Assembly: GCA_964349065.1 (NCBI GenBank)
Contig: CAYGEY010000001.1
Span: 4,261 to 68,260, forward strand
Origin: an uncultured Candidatus Peribacteria bacterium
GTDB taxonomy: Bacteria > Patescibacteriota > Gracilibacteria > 1-14-2-50-48-13
Length of the DNA stretch: 64,000 nucleotides
Direction: 5' to 3'
Shown: in pieces, positions 34,868 through 44,949 of the stretch
Numbering within the stretch: position 1 is the stretch's first letter
Layout of the letters: the number at the start of each line of letters is the position of its first letter
Made by a program: the position numbers and the translations under genes
Notes under the pieces: generated by a model
Databases searched by the model: none
Told to the model about the DNA's origin: nothing
What the model saw: the letters and a program-made list of their open reading frames with translations, nothing else

Positions 34868-35715
34868 AATATACAATTGGACTAGATATCGGTGGAAGTA
34901 AAATATTTGGAGGCTTGTTTGACGCGAAGTACAAACTCGTGAATTCAAAAACAGTCGCTACTCCTGTTGGGGTCACAAACAAAATGCTTATCTCATTAGT
35001 AACTGAGATGATTCACAGTCTATGGCGAGATGGAGTTGAAAAAATCGGCATCGGCGTTGCGGGATTCGTGCAATATGAAGTTCTCATCAAGTCACCAAAT
35101 ATGCCAAAACTCAGCAAACTTGATTTTAAAAAAGCACTTCAAAAATCATTTCTCATCCCCATATCTGTAGAGAACGACTCGCGACTCTTCACCTTGGCTG
35201 AAAGTATCATGGGTGCCGGCAGAACAGTGAAAGTTGTCGCTGGAGTCACATTCGGCACAGGAGTGGGGGGTGGGTTGGTGGTGGATCGCGAGGTCTATCA
35301 TGGCGGGAGTGGGCTGGCCGGAGAGATCGGACATTTATATTTCTCAGGCGAGTCTTTTGAAAAAATGTTCGGGGGTCACAATATGGTCAACCAGATCAAT
35401 TCCATTTTTAAAACAAATTTCAGAAATCCGACGGAACTTGAGAAAACAACCCTCTCAAAAACAAAACTCGGAAATGAAATTCGCGAAATACTTGTATATT
35501 TTTTAACAAAATTTTTCTTCAACCTCATCCTCATGTATGACCCGAATATGATCGTAATTGGAGGAAGTATAGGCAAAAAACTAATGAGCAAGTTACTCCC
35601 GGACATAAAGGCAGAGCTAAAAAAATACTACAAAAATCTTGGTATTCCTGCACATACTCAACTCAAAATTTCAAAATTAGAAAACAGCACCGCTATAGGC
35701 GCAATACTCTTATAA
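34864..35715 (+). CDS. ROK family glucokinase
   Basis: GLDIGGSKI, GTGVGGGLVVDREVYHGGSGLAGEIGH; ATGA overlap with the zwf stop. Confidence 0.8.
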   Translation: MKYTIGLDIGGSKIFGGLFDAKYKLVNSKTVATPVGVTNKMLISLVTEMIHSLWRDGVEKIGIGVAGFVQYEVLIKSPNMPKLSKLDFKKALQKSFLIPISVENDSRLFTLAESIMGAGRTVKVVAGVTFGTGVGGGLVVDREVYHGGSGLAGEIGHLYFSGESFEKMFGGHNMVNQINSIFKTNFRNPTELEKTTLSKTKLGNEIREILVYFLTKFFFNLILMYDPNMIVIGGSIGKKLMSKLLPDIKAELKKYYKNLGIPAHTQLKISKLENSTAIGAILL

Positions 35716-35802
35716 AGAATTCATCATCCAAATGTTTGTAAAAATGGTGACAATCATGGTATACTCATACGATATCAAATTTATCATCAAACAAACACAC
35801 AA

Positions 35803-38800
35803 ATGGACTCATTACTTCGGACCATGCGAACAAAGCTAGGAATGCTCATCAGCATACTAGTCTTAGCAGGAATAGCCTACCTCGGCGTACAGTTTTTAGG
35901 AGGCGGGTTACGATCAAGTCTCATATCGGATATGCCAGTATTGGAAACAGGAAAAGATCAAATTAGATTTTTCCGATCCTACTTTTTTGAAGGAGCAAGC
36001 TTAAAATCTCCAACAGGACAGAAATGGGAGCGAACTGCACAGAACATTGTTGAGAAAACTCCAACAGCTTCCGATCCAACATATACCATAACTACCAACC
36101 AAAGTGTGTCTGGTCAAGGAAGTTCAGAGAGAATTTTCAGAGATTGGAATATCTCAACAGATGATAATTTTGAAATTGAGGCAAAACTCAAAGTAAACAC
36201 TTCCCCATGTAAGATCCAAGGTGGAAGTTACATTTCATTTTCAAATGGAACGTCTATTAGTTATGTTCTCTTTTGTACAGATAAGATCTATGTTGGAGAT
36301 GCAACTCATCTCTTTAGTAGTGGATTTGATATAAATGCCACAACAAAAAGTGTGCCTTCAACTCTTAGTGCTGAAAAAACAATCCTTGTTCGTGTAAGAA
36401 ATGCTGATATTGAAATTCTTGAAAAACAAGGTGAGATATTTGTAAGTAAAGGAGTATTTGCAGGTGCTTTCTCTGCAACATCTTCAGGACAAAACCGTAT
36501 TGAGTTTGGTACTGACGTTCCATCCGGAACGGAGCATACATATTCAACAACATGGAATTATGTAAAAACGAAGGTATACCCTATAGATCAGTCAAAAGGA
36601 ATTACGTATTCTTATGATGCAACTAAGGGAACTTCTCCGATCAAACAAGGTTGGATCACAAGTGATACAACTCCCGCGGCTTCAAGTGGATCATATGCAC
36701 TTACTAGTACTGACTATGTCTTAAATGCAAATATTTCTGATAAAGATAAAGTAGTTATTGATACAGACCTGTCGGTTAATACACCTTGTGAATCAAGTAC
36801 AACAATACCATATCGAGCTGCTAATTTAGTACATGGATGGAGTAGAGCAAGTAGTAGTGTACCTTTAAATTTTAGTGGAACATTGTATATGCCTATGTGG
36901 GACGCCAATCAAGCATATTCTAATGGTGCCGGTACAGACTATACCTTTAATGCAAATTTTTCCCACTACAATTATGATCAGTTACCAAAACTCCAGATCA
37001 GTAATGGTCAAAATTTTACTGAATTACTATTTTGTAATAATCAGATTTTACTCTCTGACGGATATGGTACTAGGACAATTGATAATGCAGATTCTCTCAT
37101 AAAAACTTATCAAGAAGCATCCGCAACTACTCCAAATGGTACTTGGGATAACTATGGAAAGTTTGCTTATTGGATATATTCAAATAATTGGACATATAGA
37201 AACAATCATAAAATTATTTCAACCGATATTGATCTATCAACAAAAACAAATTTGAAAATTACACTTGAGAACAATCGACTGGAAGTCTATAAAAATGGTA
37301 TTTTACTTGCTGATATTCCATCAGGATATACTCAAAACATTCCTAATAATGTTAATAATGGGACAATTAATAAAGATAATAACTTTATCAGATTAGCTAA
37401 CTTCACAAATAAAAACTTTGTACTCTCCAAGCTAACAGCACAAATCACTGCTAATGAAGGTATACTTACATCATATTTCTTACAAGATCCAATCAAACGT
37501 GCATTTACAAAAGAAATAGGATATGATTTAAGAAATAATCTATCTGCTCCACTTGCCAATGCTCTTCCGGATTCTCAAAGTTTTACAATAGAAAAGGGCG
37601 CAACGGATATAACACAAACTATTACAGAGACTTCAGGAGTACGTAACCTAGAAGTTCGTGCTTCTGCAAACTCGTATGCAACATATTCATATCCATGGAA
37701 TACAGCAGATGGAGATATCATAGATATTGAAGCAAAATTTCAGGTGACAGATACAGCTTGCTCAACAACAGAATCAAATTACATTTCATTTTCTAATAGT
37801 GTAGGTAAGGGGTTTATAACCTTGTGTAAAGATAAACTTTATGTGGGTAACAAAGATCTTCCACTCAGCTCAACAAGCTATATCCCAACAACAGTTGCAG
37901 ATCAATATAAACTAACATTAGATAACACAAAACCATTCCAAACTCTATATATTCAAGTAAGTGGAAACACAATCGAAATATTTGCTGATAAAGAACGTAC
38001 TACCTCCCTCTTGAAATCAACAAATGCATTTATTCCTGAACTTAACACAACATCAGAAAATAAATTTACATTCGGTTCAAAGGCAATATCTGCAATAAGT
38101 ACTCCATCTGCTATCAAATGGTACTATGTTACATCATACATACGTCCAAAAGTAGCAAATAATACCAATGTACAATTTAATTACAATGCCAGTAATAGTA
38201 CAAAACCAACACCTCAGGATCAAGGATGGATCAATACACCTAACTTATTAGGTACAGTAAATAATGGGGCATATATTCCAAAACCGGATGAGACAAACAC
38301 ATTAGTGTGGGATGCAAATAACAAAGATGCATTAACTATAAATGTTGAAGTAAAAACCACAAGTACTTGTCCTGATCTCGTAAATGATAACTCGCAATTT
38401 GGTACTAAGCTTGCGGCGCTACCTTTCATACGTTTTTCAAACAACGACTCCCAATCATACCTATATTTTTGTAATAACAAAACTTATTACATAGATCCGA
38501 ACAAAGACAATGAAGAATGGTACACAGGTCCTACATTCCAGATGAATACTGACTGGATATCAAGATATTGTGGTTACTGGGGTGGTTCATGCGGATCGGT
38601 ATGGTATCTTACTCAAGCAATAGCCGGTACATTCTCCAGTTTATACCCTATTTCCTACCAAAACCTCAACTCATTCAACCGAGATAATACACAATTCCAA
38701 AAGTACACCATCAATATAAACAATGGTGACATCACTATTATAGATGCTACTTCAGGTGCTATTCTTGCCACATCACGAGGTGGCATGCTCATGAAGAACA

Positions 38801-41800
38801 CTCTCACCGATCAAAAGAGCCAACTCTCTTTCGGAGGAACACAACCTGCATCATGGAAATCAATCTCTGCTCAAATCACTCAAAAGATCCCTGTACCAGC
38901 AGGAATGCTTGAACTTAAAGTTGATGTAACAAAAGATAATTTAACGCTATCTCCACAGACACCTATTACTGGAACTGATGGAAATGTTAAATTTAAAGCT
39001 TCACTCAACCTTGCAAATATCCCAAGTCACATACCTGTGTACTTCTGCCAGACTGCAAGCGGAGCGGCTGAAGTTTGTCTTCAAATGATAAAAGACTCAA
39101 CCACATCTGTCTATACACTCGCGGATACGCAAATCCCGGTAGCAAAAACTGCTTCTTATGCATTTAGCATCAAGATCGACGAATCAAAAAAAGATACAGG
39201 AAACAATGGAACTATCAATGTTCAATACAGAAACAAAACTGATGCAAACAATGGAACAGACACCCCTTCCGGGTTAAAATCAACTATTACAACAAGTGGA
39301 ACTTCTACCACAGCTGTTGCCGATATTGTTACTCCATTTACCAGCATGTCAAAAATCTGTATTGCTAAAAAGACATCAGATACAACTTTCGATGCCGAAA
39401 TTTGTAAATCAGGTACAACGGATATTACCGAGAGAAATGACGGCGTCACTCATACATTCACTGCAACATTCAGTAGTTTGGTACCTGCCGCGCAATATCA
39501 AGTCATCTATTATGCAACTCGTAATGATGCAATATCCGGTACAGAAAAAAGACAAATCTTTACAATTGCTCAAACTGCTGAACTCATTTATGAGCCACTT
39601 ATCTTCATTCCAAATACAAACAAACCACAAGTATTTGTCTCTGAAAAATTACCGGTTCCTGTACCTACAACTGAACTTCCAGCGACAATGACATACACAA
39701 AGGTAAAAGATACGGCCGGAAATGATGTTTTAGAATGGACAGAAACGTGGACTACCGGTACAACCGAAGTTACATTATCTGACGGCTCAAAGAAAACAAT
39801 CACACGGGAAGGTGTGCCAGCAGATAGTGTCATATGGCTTTGTGTAACAACTTCTGCAGACACAACATATAAAAATAAAAAATGCAGCCAATTGAAACGA
39901 AAAGTAGCAACTGATGCATTTACATACACTACTGTTACTGACGGATCTATCCTCCCTCTCAACAAAACAGAAAACTACATTTGGAGAGTTGAGCAAGAAC
40001 CAGATCATCAAATATTACATACGATTGATCCAACCAGTCCTATCAAGATCACATATACTGCTCCAGTAGACCCTACCGCCGCCATTGTGCCATCTTATAG
40101 TATCTCCATTCAAGATGTGACTAATGGTTCAGCGAAAATAGTAATTGAAACAGTGAAGTACTATGCTCTTTCACAACTAATCTATAGTTTCAAAGACGCC
40201 GATGGATTAGACAATCCTACTACTATTGGAGGAACAAGCAGTAGTGTAATTAAAACAACGCGAACTGTAGAAGGAGCAGAGCCTACTACCGTGTACACAA
40301 TTACATTAAATAGCTTGTCGGCTTCAACAAATTACTCACTTACAAAAATAGCACTGAAAAAAGATGCTACTACAGCCGCAGTACTCAGTGATGTTCTCCC
40401 AGCCACTTCATTTACTACCCTTCCTCCAACCCCTGTGGTAGTTGCTCCAACACGTGAAGTACCAACTTCCGGTGGTACAACTCTTTCTACAGGAGCGGAT
40501 ATCATCGCACCAAGTGTTGCCATAACTAGTCCAAAAGCAAATATTACCTATGCAACAACACCTTCAATTACTGGTACAGCTACGGATAATGTGGAAGTAA
40601 CAAAAGTAGATCTAGAACTACGAAAAGATACACAATATCTTTCAGCAACAGGAACATGGAGCACAACGAAAGAATCTATCCCAGCAATCCTAGATAAAGT
40701 AGCTGGAACTTGGACCTATGCCCTACCTTCTACCGCACTTACCTCAGGTTCTACCTATTATCTCAAAGCAATTGCTACAGATAAGAGTAATATCGCTGCA
40801 AATACTTCTGAACTTCAGTTTGTTTACAATGCAGCATTTACTGACACAGAAAAACCAGTTGTGATGATCTTAGATCCTATTAATTCACAACATGTGAAAA
40901 CTCTTACTGATGTTACACTTTCTGCTACTGATAATACATTTATTGACACAGTAGAAGTAAGTATCAAAGACTCATCTACTGCGACAGATAGTTGGTCACC
41001 TACTATAAAAGCAGGTTCTACCTGGAAAGCTGATACTTCAAAAATTGTACTTACCTCCGGTAGAACATATGATGTCACTGCTAGAGCAAAAGATGCATAC
41101 GGGAATTATTCAGACATTACAGTTACATCAAAAATTAGTATTATCGCTGATAGCACGACTAATGACACTACTGCTCCAAAAGTAGGAATCAAAAACATCA
41201 CCGAAGGTTCAACGGTTGAATTAAAATCTCTGCAAGGATATGCATATGATATCCCAACATATGGTGTGATCAAAGAAGTAAATCTTTCAATTCAACAAAA
41301 AGTATCGCCTCAGGCATTCTTTAACCCGGACACAAATAAGTTTGATTCTTCTACTCCAAAAAATATTGTGGTAACTCTTACAAAAACTTCTGAACTAGCA
41401 ACCACAATCAAATCAGATGAAACAAATGGTGGGTTGGTATACACATGGAATTACAACATCCCAGCTACAGCTCTTTCTGACAATACTGATTATGTAATTC
41501 ATTTACTAGCTTTCGATGCGGTCAACACCACTCCGGGAAGTCTTGATGTTAATGTGAAACATAAGATTGCTCCTGTTGATACTGCAAACCCAACTGTTAC
41601 GATCTCCCCTGTAAGTGACGGAGTTATCAGTACAATATCTGGAACAACTTCTGATGACCTTTCAGGTGTTGTATCACTTGGTTATACCTTAGAAAAATTT
41701 GGTACCGGTCAATTCTACAATGCAACAACAAAATCATATGGAGTTACTATATCAAATCCTATCAATAAAATAAGTGATTCATACAACAATTGGTCAATTG

Positions 41801-44196
41801 CTTTCCCTACGGAAGCATTCACTAATGATACTAAATATACACTTGTGATCAAAGCCACTGATGGTATTAGCAAAACCGGAACTTCTACAGCAACATTTAC
41901 ATTCAAAACTCCGGTCACAACAGCAACAGCTCCTACGACCACAACTCCAACAGTAACTTTAGCACCAGCTACGACAACTACAACAACTGTGACGACACCT
42001 TCAGTGTTACCTGGAACAATAACTCTCCCTGCAGGAACGACTCTTCCTGTAGGAACAGTATTACCTGGAACAACAACGCCTACAACCGCAGTTACAACTA
42101 CTACAACACCAATTACATTTAGCACAGGAGCTACTCTCCCTGCAGGAACTATTCTTCCTATTGGAACTGTTCTTCCTACAGGAATTGTCACAACTGTTTA
42201 CACTGCACCAACTACTACAACGCCAACAGTTACGAACGCTCAAGCAACAACCACACCTACATCTGTGACTACTTCAACTGTACTCACTGCACCGGTAACT
42301 CTCCCTGCAGGAACTATTCTTCCAGGAACAACAACACCGACAACTACTGCAACAACACTTCCAGTAGGAGCTACTCTTGCGGCAGGAACTATTTTACCAG
42401 TAGGCACAGTACTTCCGACAATAATTGCAGTCACAACCGTTGCCTCAAGCGCCCCTGTAACAACAACTCCAGCAACAACATCGACCCAAACAACCATGCC
42501 AGCCGGCACTTCAACATCTACTACATTAAAACCAGCTGCATCTGGCTCAACTCTTTCAGGTTCTACCCTCACTGGCAGCACCATGACCGGCTCGACTCTC
42601 AAATCTGCAGTAGTAAAGGATAATGGCAACAACACTATTTCATTCCCTATTACATTTAGCGCTGTCACATTTGCAAAAGATGCAGTAAATGCATCAATCA
42701 ATGCAACTGTCACTACAACTGAGAGACTCCCTACAGGAACTCCTCTCAAAATCTGTTATCAAAAATTGAATTCTAATGCAGATGCAGTCTGTGCAGCAGG
42801 TACACAAAATACCAACGGAACATTCACTTTGAAAACAACTATCCGTTCAGATGAGGCAGCTAGTTACAACTGGATCCTCGCTGTTGGAGACACTCCAACA
42901 TTAACGTACGGAACACTTGATGTGAAAGTAAATAACGGCGTTTCAACTGTTGAATCAAAAATCCTCAAAAATGATCCAATGCTTTCTGTGACAGTAAGTA
43001 AAGATGTACTTGCAGGAACAGGGGTTACGTTGAAACCCGCAGGGCCAAACCAAATTGCTATTGAGATCTCTGTAGACAAAGTAACTTGGACAGCAAAAGA
43101 TAAGATGATGTTAGCAGAAGTTACATTTACCAACGCATTATCTGCAAATCTACCAGTTGCTATCTGTTACACTGAAAAAGTTACAAATGCAAAACAAGAA
43201 TGTATCACTCTAACCAAAACAGCAGATAAAGTCTACAGCGCTACAACAAACATCTCAGCTGAGGTGGTAAAAACGTATGTTTGGCTCGTAGCAGTCAATA
43301 ATACTCCACTGAACACAGACGGTATTCTTACAATTAGTCAGAAAAATGGTGTATTTGAAGCTCTCGCACAAACATTGAACAATACAAAAACAACTATAAA
43401 TGTAGATAAAAATCTCTTAGTCACAGCCACAGGAGCACTACTTACTTCAACAGGAAGCACTCTCACATGTCCTCCGCGATGTATTGTTTCTTCAAGCCTA
43501 GTCAGTGATGTCCCAGTGGACAACTTCGCATTCACACCGATTGCAAAATTGATCGCACGAGGCATCATGAGCGGATACGCAGACGGATCATTCAAACCTG
43601 CAAACCCAATCAACCGAGCTGAGTTCTCTAAATTGACTAAGAATACATTCTTGATCCCAACTCTTGATAAGAGTGCAGCATTAAGCTTCTCAGATGTCAC
43701 ATCAACCGCATGGTTCTACAGTTTTGTACGAAGCCTCTCACAAGTTGGTCTCATCAAAGGATATGCAGATGGTACATTCAGAGCCGGAAATAATATACTC
43801 CGATCTGAAGCTGCGAAAATCATTGCTCTCGGGCACAGAATGCAGGTTGTACGAAATGCAAACCCAAATATGACACTCACAGCAGTACTTGAAAAAGCAG
43901 ACCAGGACATCACTGCATCGTTCATTGCCTTTACAAGCGAGAACCCAACATATACTTACATATTGCTTTCTGATGTCCCAACCAACAGCTGGTATGCAAA
44001 ATACGTATATTACGCAGTACGAAATGATCTTATCAAAGGTCGTGAGGTAGGTGGAAAGAAACTCTTTGCACCTGGAGCACAAATCCTCAGAGGTGAAGCA
44101 GCAACTTTGCTCTCTCGAGTCATCGACAATCTTGACATTCGATACCCTATAAAAGAGGAGTCTACGGGGGCTGTTACAGTGATCTTCCCTGAGTAA
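35803..44196 (+). CDS. giant (2797-aa) SLH-anchored surface protein with repeated Cys-modules, Ig-like repeats and a Thr/Pro-rich region
   Basis: N-terminal TM/signal anchor. Four copies of a (I/L)xFSN...(L/F)(F/L)C(T/N/K)(D/N)(K/Q)... module. At least 4 'D-T-x-x-P-x-V' Ig-like repeats. TP-rich tract. Three C-terminal SLH repeats (e.g. FTPIAKLIARGIMSGYADGSFKPANPINRAEFSKL). Confidence 0.85.
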   Translation: MDSLLRTMRTKLGMLISILVLAGIAYLGVQFLGGGLRSSLISDMPVLETGKDQIRFFRSYFFEGASLKSPTGQKWERTAQNIVEKTPTASDPTYTITTNQSVSGQGSSERIFRDWNISTDDNFEIEAKLKVNTSPCKIQGGSYISFSNGTSISYVLFCTDKIYVGDATHLFSSGFDINATTKSVPSTLSAEKTILVRVRNADIEILEKQGEIFVSKGVFAGAFSATSSGQNRIEFGTDVPSGTEHTYSTTWNYVKTKVYPIDQSKGITYSYDATKGTSPIKQGWITSDTTPAASSGSYALTSTDYVLNANISDKDKVVIDTDLSVNTPCESSTTIPYRAANLVHGWSRASSSVPLNFSGTLYMPMWDANQAYSNGAGTDYTFNANFSHYNYDQLPKLQISNGQNFTELLFCNNQILLSDGYGTRTIDNADSLIKTYQEASATTPNGTWDNYGKFAYWIYSNNWTYRNNHKIISTDIDLSTKTNLKITLENNRLEVYKNGILLADIPSGYTQNIPNNVNNGTINKDNNFIRLANFTNKNFVLSKLTAQITANEGILTSYFLQDPIKRAFTKEIGYDLRNNLSAPLANALPDSQSFTIEKGATDITQTITETSGVRNLEVRASANSYATYSYPWNTADGDIIDIEAKFQVTDTACSTTESNYISFSNSVGKGFITLCKDKLYVGNKDLPLSSTSYIPTTVADQYKLTLDNTKPFQTLYIQVSGNTIEIFADKERTTSLLKSTNAFIPELNTTSENKFTFGSKAISAISTPSAIKWYYVTSYIRPKVANNTNVQFNYNASNSTKPTPQDQGWINTPNLLGTVNNGAYIPKPDETNTLVWDANNKDALTINVEVKTTSTCPDLVNDNSQFGTKLAALPFIRFSNNDSQSYLYFCNNKTYYIDPNKDNEEWYTGPTFQMNTDWISRYCGYWGGSCGSVWYLTQAIAGTFSSLYPISYQNLNSFNRDNTQFQKYTININNGDITIIDATSGAILATSRGGMLMKNTLTDQKSQLSFGGTQPASWKSISAQITQKIPVPAGMLELKVDVTKDNLTLSPQTPITGTDGNVKFKASLNLANIPSHIPVYFCQTASGAAEVCLQMIKDSTTSVYTLADTQIPVAKTASYAFSIKIDESKKDTGNNGTINVQYRNKTDANNGTDTPSGLKSTITTSGTSTTAVADIVTPFTSMSKICIAKKTSDTTFDAEICKSGTTDITERNDGVTHTFTATFSSLVPAAQYQVIYYATRNDAISGTEKRQIFTIAQTAELIYEPLIFIPNTNKPQVFVSEKLPVPVPTTELPATMTYTKVKDTAGNDVLEWTETWTTGTTEVTLSDGSKKTITREGVPADSVIWLCVTTSADTTYKNKKCSQLKRKVATDAFTYTTVTDGSILPLNKTENYIWRVEQEPDHQILHTIDPTSPIKITYTAPVDPTAAIVPSYSISIQDVTNGSAKIVIETVKYYALSQLIYSFKDADGLDNPTTIGGTSSSVIKTTRTVEGAEPTTVYTITLNSLSASTNYSLTKIALKKDATTAAVLSDVLPATSFTTLPPTPVVVAPTREVPTSGGTTLSTGADIIAPSVAITSPKANITYATTPSITGTATDNVEVTKVDLELRKDTQYLSATGTWSTTKESIPAILDKVAGTWTYALPSTALTSGSTYYLKAIATDKSNIAANTSELQFVYNAAFTDTEKPVVMILDPINSQHVKTLTDVTLSATDNTFIDTVEVSIKDSSTATDSWSPTIKAGSTWKADTSKIVLTSGRTYDVTARAKDAYGNYSDITVTSKISIIADSTTNDTTAPKVGIKNITEGSTVELKSLQGYAYDIPTYGVIKEVNLSIQQKVSPQAFFNPDTNKFDSSTPKNIVVTLTKTSELATTIKSDETNGGLVYTWNYNIPATALSDNTDYVIHLLAFDAVNTTPGSLDVNVKHKIAPVDTANPTVTISPVSDGVISTISGTTSDDLSGVVSLGYTLEKFGTGQFYNATTKSYGVTISNPINKISDSYNNWSIAFPTEAFTNDTKYTLVIKATDGISKTGTSTATFTFKTPVTTATAPTTTTPTVTLAPATTTTTTVTTPSVLPGTITLPAGTTLPVGTVLPGTTTPTTAVTTTTTPITFSTGATLPAGTILPIGTVLPTGIVTTVYTAPTTTTPTVTNAQATTTPTSVTTSTVLTAPVTLPAGTILPGTTTPTTTATTLPVGATLAAGTILPVGTVLPTIIAVTTVASSAPVTTTPATTSTQTTMPAGTSTSTTLKPAASGSTLSGSTLTGSTMTGSTLKSAVVKDNGNNTISFPITFSAVTFAKDAVNASINATVTTTERLPTGTPLKICYQKLNSNADAVCAAGTQNTNGTFTLKTTIRSDEAASYNWILAVGDTPTLTYGTLDVKVNNGVSTVESKILKNDPMLSVTVSKDVLAGTGVTLKPAGPNQIAIEISVDKVTWTAKDKMMLAEVTFTNALSANLPVAICYTEKVTNAKQECITLTKTADKVYSATTNISAEVVKTYVWLVAVNNTPLNTDGILTISQKNGVFEALAQTLNNTKTTINVDKNLLVTATGALLTSTGSTLTCPPRCIVSSSLVSDVPVDNFAFTPIAKLIARGIMSGYADGSFKPANPINRAEFSKLTKNTFLIPTLDKSAALSFSDVTSTAWFYSFVRSLSQVGLIKGYADGTFRAGNNILRSEAAKIIALGHRMQVVRNANPNMTLTAVLEKADQDITASFIAFTSENPTYTYILLSDVPTNSWYAKYVYYAVRNDLIKGREVGGKKLFAPGAQILRGEAATLLSRVIDNLDIRYPIKEESTGAVTVIFPE
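41920..42610 (+). repeat. Thr/Pro-rich low-complexity tandem repeat region within the giant CDS
   Basis: The DNA unit ACTCTCCCTGCAGGAAC(G/T)A(C/T)TCTTCC recurs at about 42022, 42134 and 42298. The protein shows repeated (T/A)LPAGT(T/I)LP(V/I)GTVLP and TTTP runs. Confidence 0.8.
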
Positions 44197-44210
44197 CATA
44201 ACTACAAATA

Positions 44211-44245
44211 AAAAAAACCATTGGTGAAAGCCAGTGGTTTTTTTG
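44211..44245 (+). terminator. rho-independent terminator after the giant gene
   Basis: AAAAAAACCATTGG-tgaaag-CCAGTGGTTTTTTT. Confidence 0.7.
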
Positions 44246-44337
44246 TAGGATACGGAAATCATTTACAGCTTTTTATTCTCGTGGTAAGCTCCCAATTAGA
44301 ATTTATCGAGGTTTACTCTACATTTTATACAAGGCAT

Positions 44338-44862
44338 ATGAATGATCGCCTTCAGAATGAAAGTAGCCCTGACCATGACATCTCCGAAATCATCGTAAGA
44401 AAATCAATATTTTTCTTGTTTTTAAAATTCATATTAGTATTTGGACTACTCTCCATACTATACTTTATGCTGTATAGATTTTTCCAACTCCTCGATATAG
44501 ATCACCATTCTTGGATTTTGCTTGCACTCATGCGCATCATTGAGCTCTTTGCCGGTCTATACATTTTCCTCGACTGGCATTTCGCATTTTACAAAATCAC
44601 GCACGACCATATCATCTATAATGAAGGCGTATTTCTCATAAAACGACACATGTTTTCTGTCAGAAATATCGAATCCGTCTCGCTTCGACAAAGTATCCTT
44701 GGTCGAATCTTCAAATTCGGAGATCTCAAACTAACCGCACCCACAATGCAAGAAAGTATCTCACTCAAAATGATTCATAAACCATGGAAATACCTCAGAG
44801 TGATCCATGAGATGGTACCTAAACTGCGTAGTACAAATATTTTTGTGAAGGAGCCAGTATAA
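44338..44862 (+). CDS. membrane protein with a bacterial PH (bPH_2, YdbS/YdbT-like) domain
   Basis: The track start 44221 is TTG inside the terminator; first ATG at 44338. Two TM helices followed by YKITHDHIIYNEGVFLIKRHMFSVRNIESVSLRQSILGRIFKFGDLKL. Confidence 0.65.
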   Translation: MNDRLQNESSPDHDISEIIVRKSIFFLFLKFILVFGLLSILYFMLYRFFQLLDIDHHSWILLALMRIIELFAGLYIFLDWHFAFYKITHDHIIYNEGVFLIKRHMFSVRNIESVSLRQSILGRIFKFGDLKLTAPTMQESISLKMIHKPWKYLRVIHEMVPKLRSTNIFVKEPV

Positions 44863-44866
44863 GTCT

Positions 44867-44949
44867 AGGAATAAGTTCAGTACCCTAGGCTCGATCTCTT
44901 GTCGTAACGAACGTGAAGACAATGGAGAGCCGGGTATTGAACTTTTCCT
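44867..44949 (+). repeat. family-1 structured hairpin repeat, copy D (83 nt)
   Basis: Outer stem AGGAATAAGTTCAGTACCC / GGGTATTGAACTTTTCCT; core TA-GGCTC-GATCTC-TTGTC-GTAACGAACGTGAA-GACAA-TGGA-GAGCC. Spans the gap between the convergent stops at 44862 and 44948. Confidence 0.85.

Noticed and set aside
41920-42610. Regularly spaced DNA repeats that could superficially suggest a CRISPR array.
   Set aside because: The repeats are in-frame coding repeats within a continuous ORF, with variable spacing and no spacer-like unique segments. There are no cas genes in the window.
41715-42749. Several 60-170-aa minus-strand ORFs (Val/Gly/Thr-rich) inside the giant gene.
   Set aside because: These are reverse-complement artefacts of the Thr/Pro-rich repeat (ACN/CCN codons read as NGT/NGG). 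The sense frame is continuous over 8.4 kb.
11949-44949. Interpretation of the structured repeats as MITEs, integron attC sites, REP elements or hammerhead/twister-type ribozymes.
   Set aside because: The termini are variable and the centre is conserved, the opposite of MITE TIRs. No RYYYAAC/GTTRRRY attC boxes are present and the flanking genes are core and convergent. No CUGAUGA...GAAA hammerhead core or other ribozyme core that I can recognise is present. These identities are therefore not claimed, although a novel ribozyme is not excluded.
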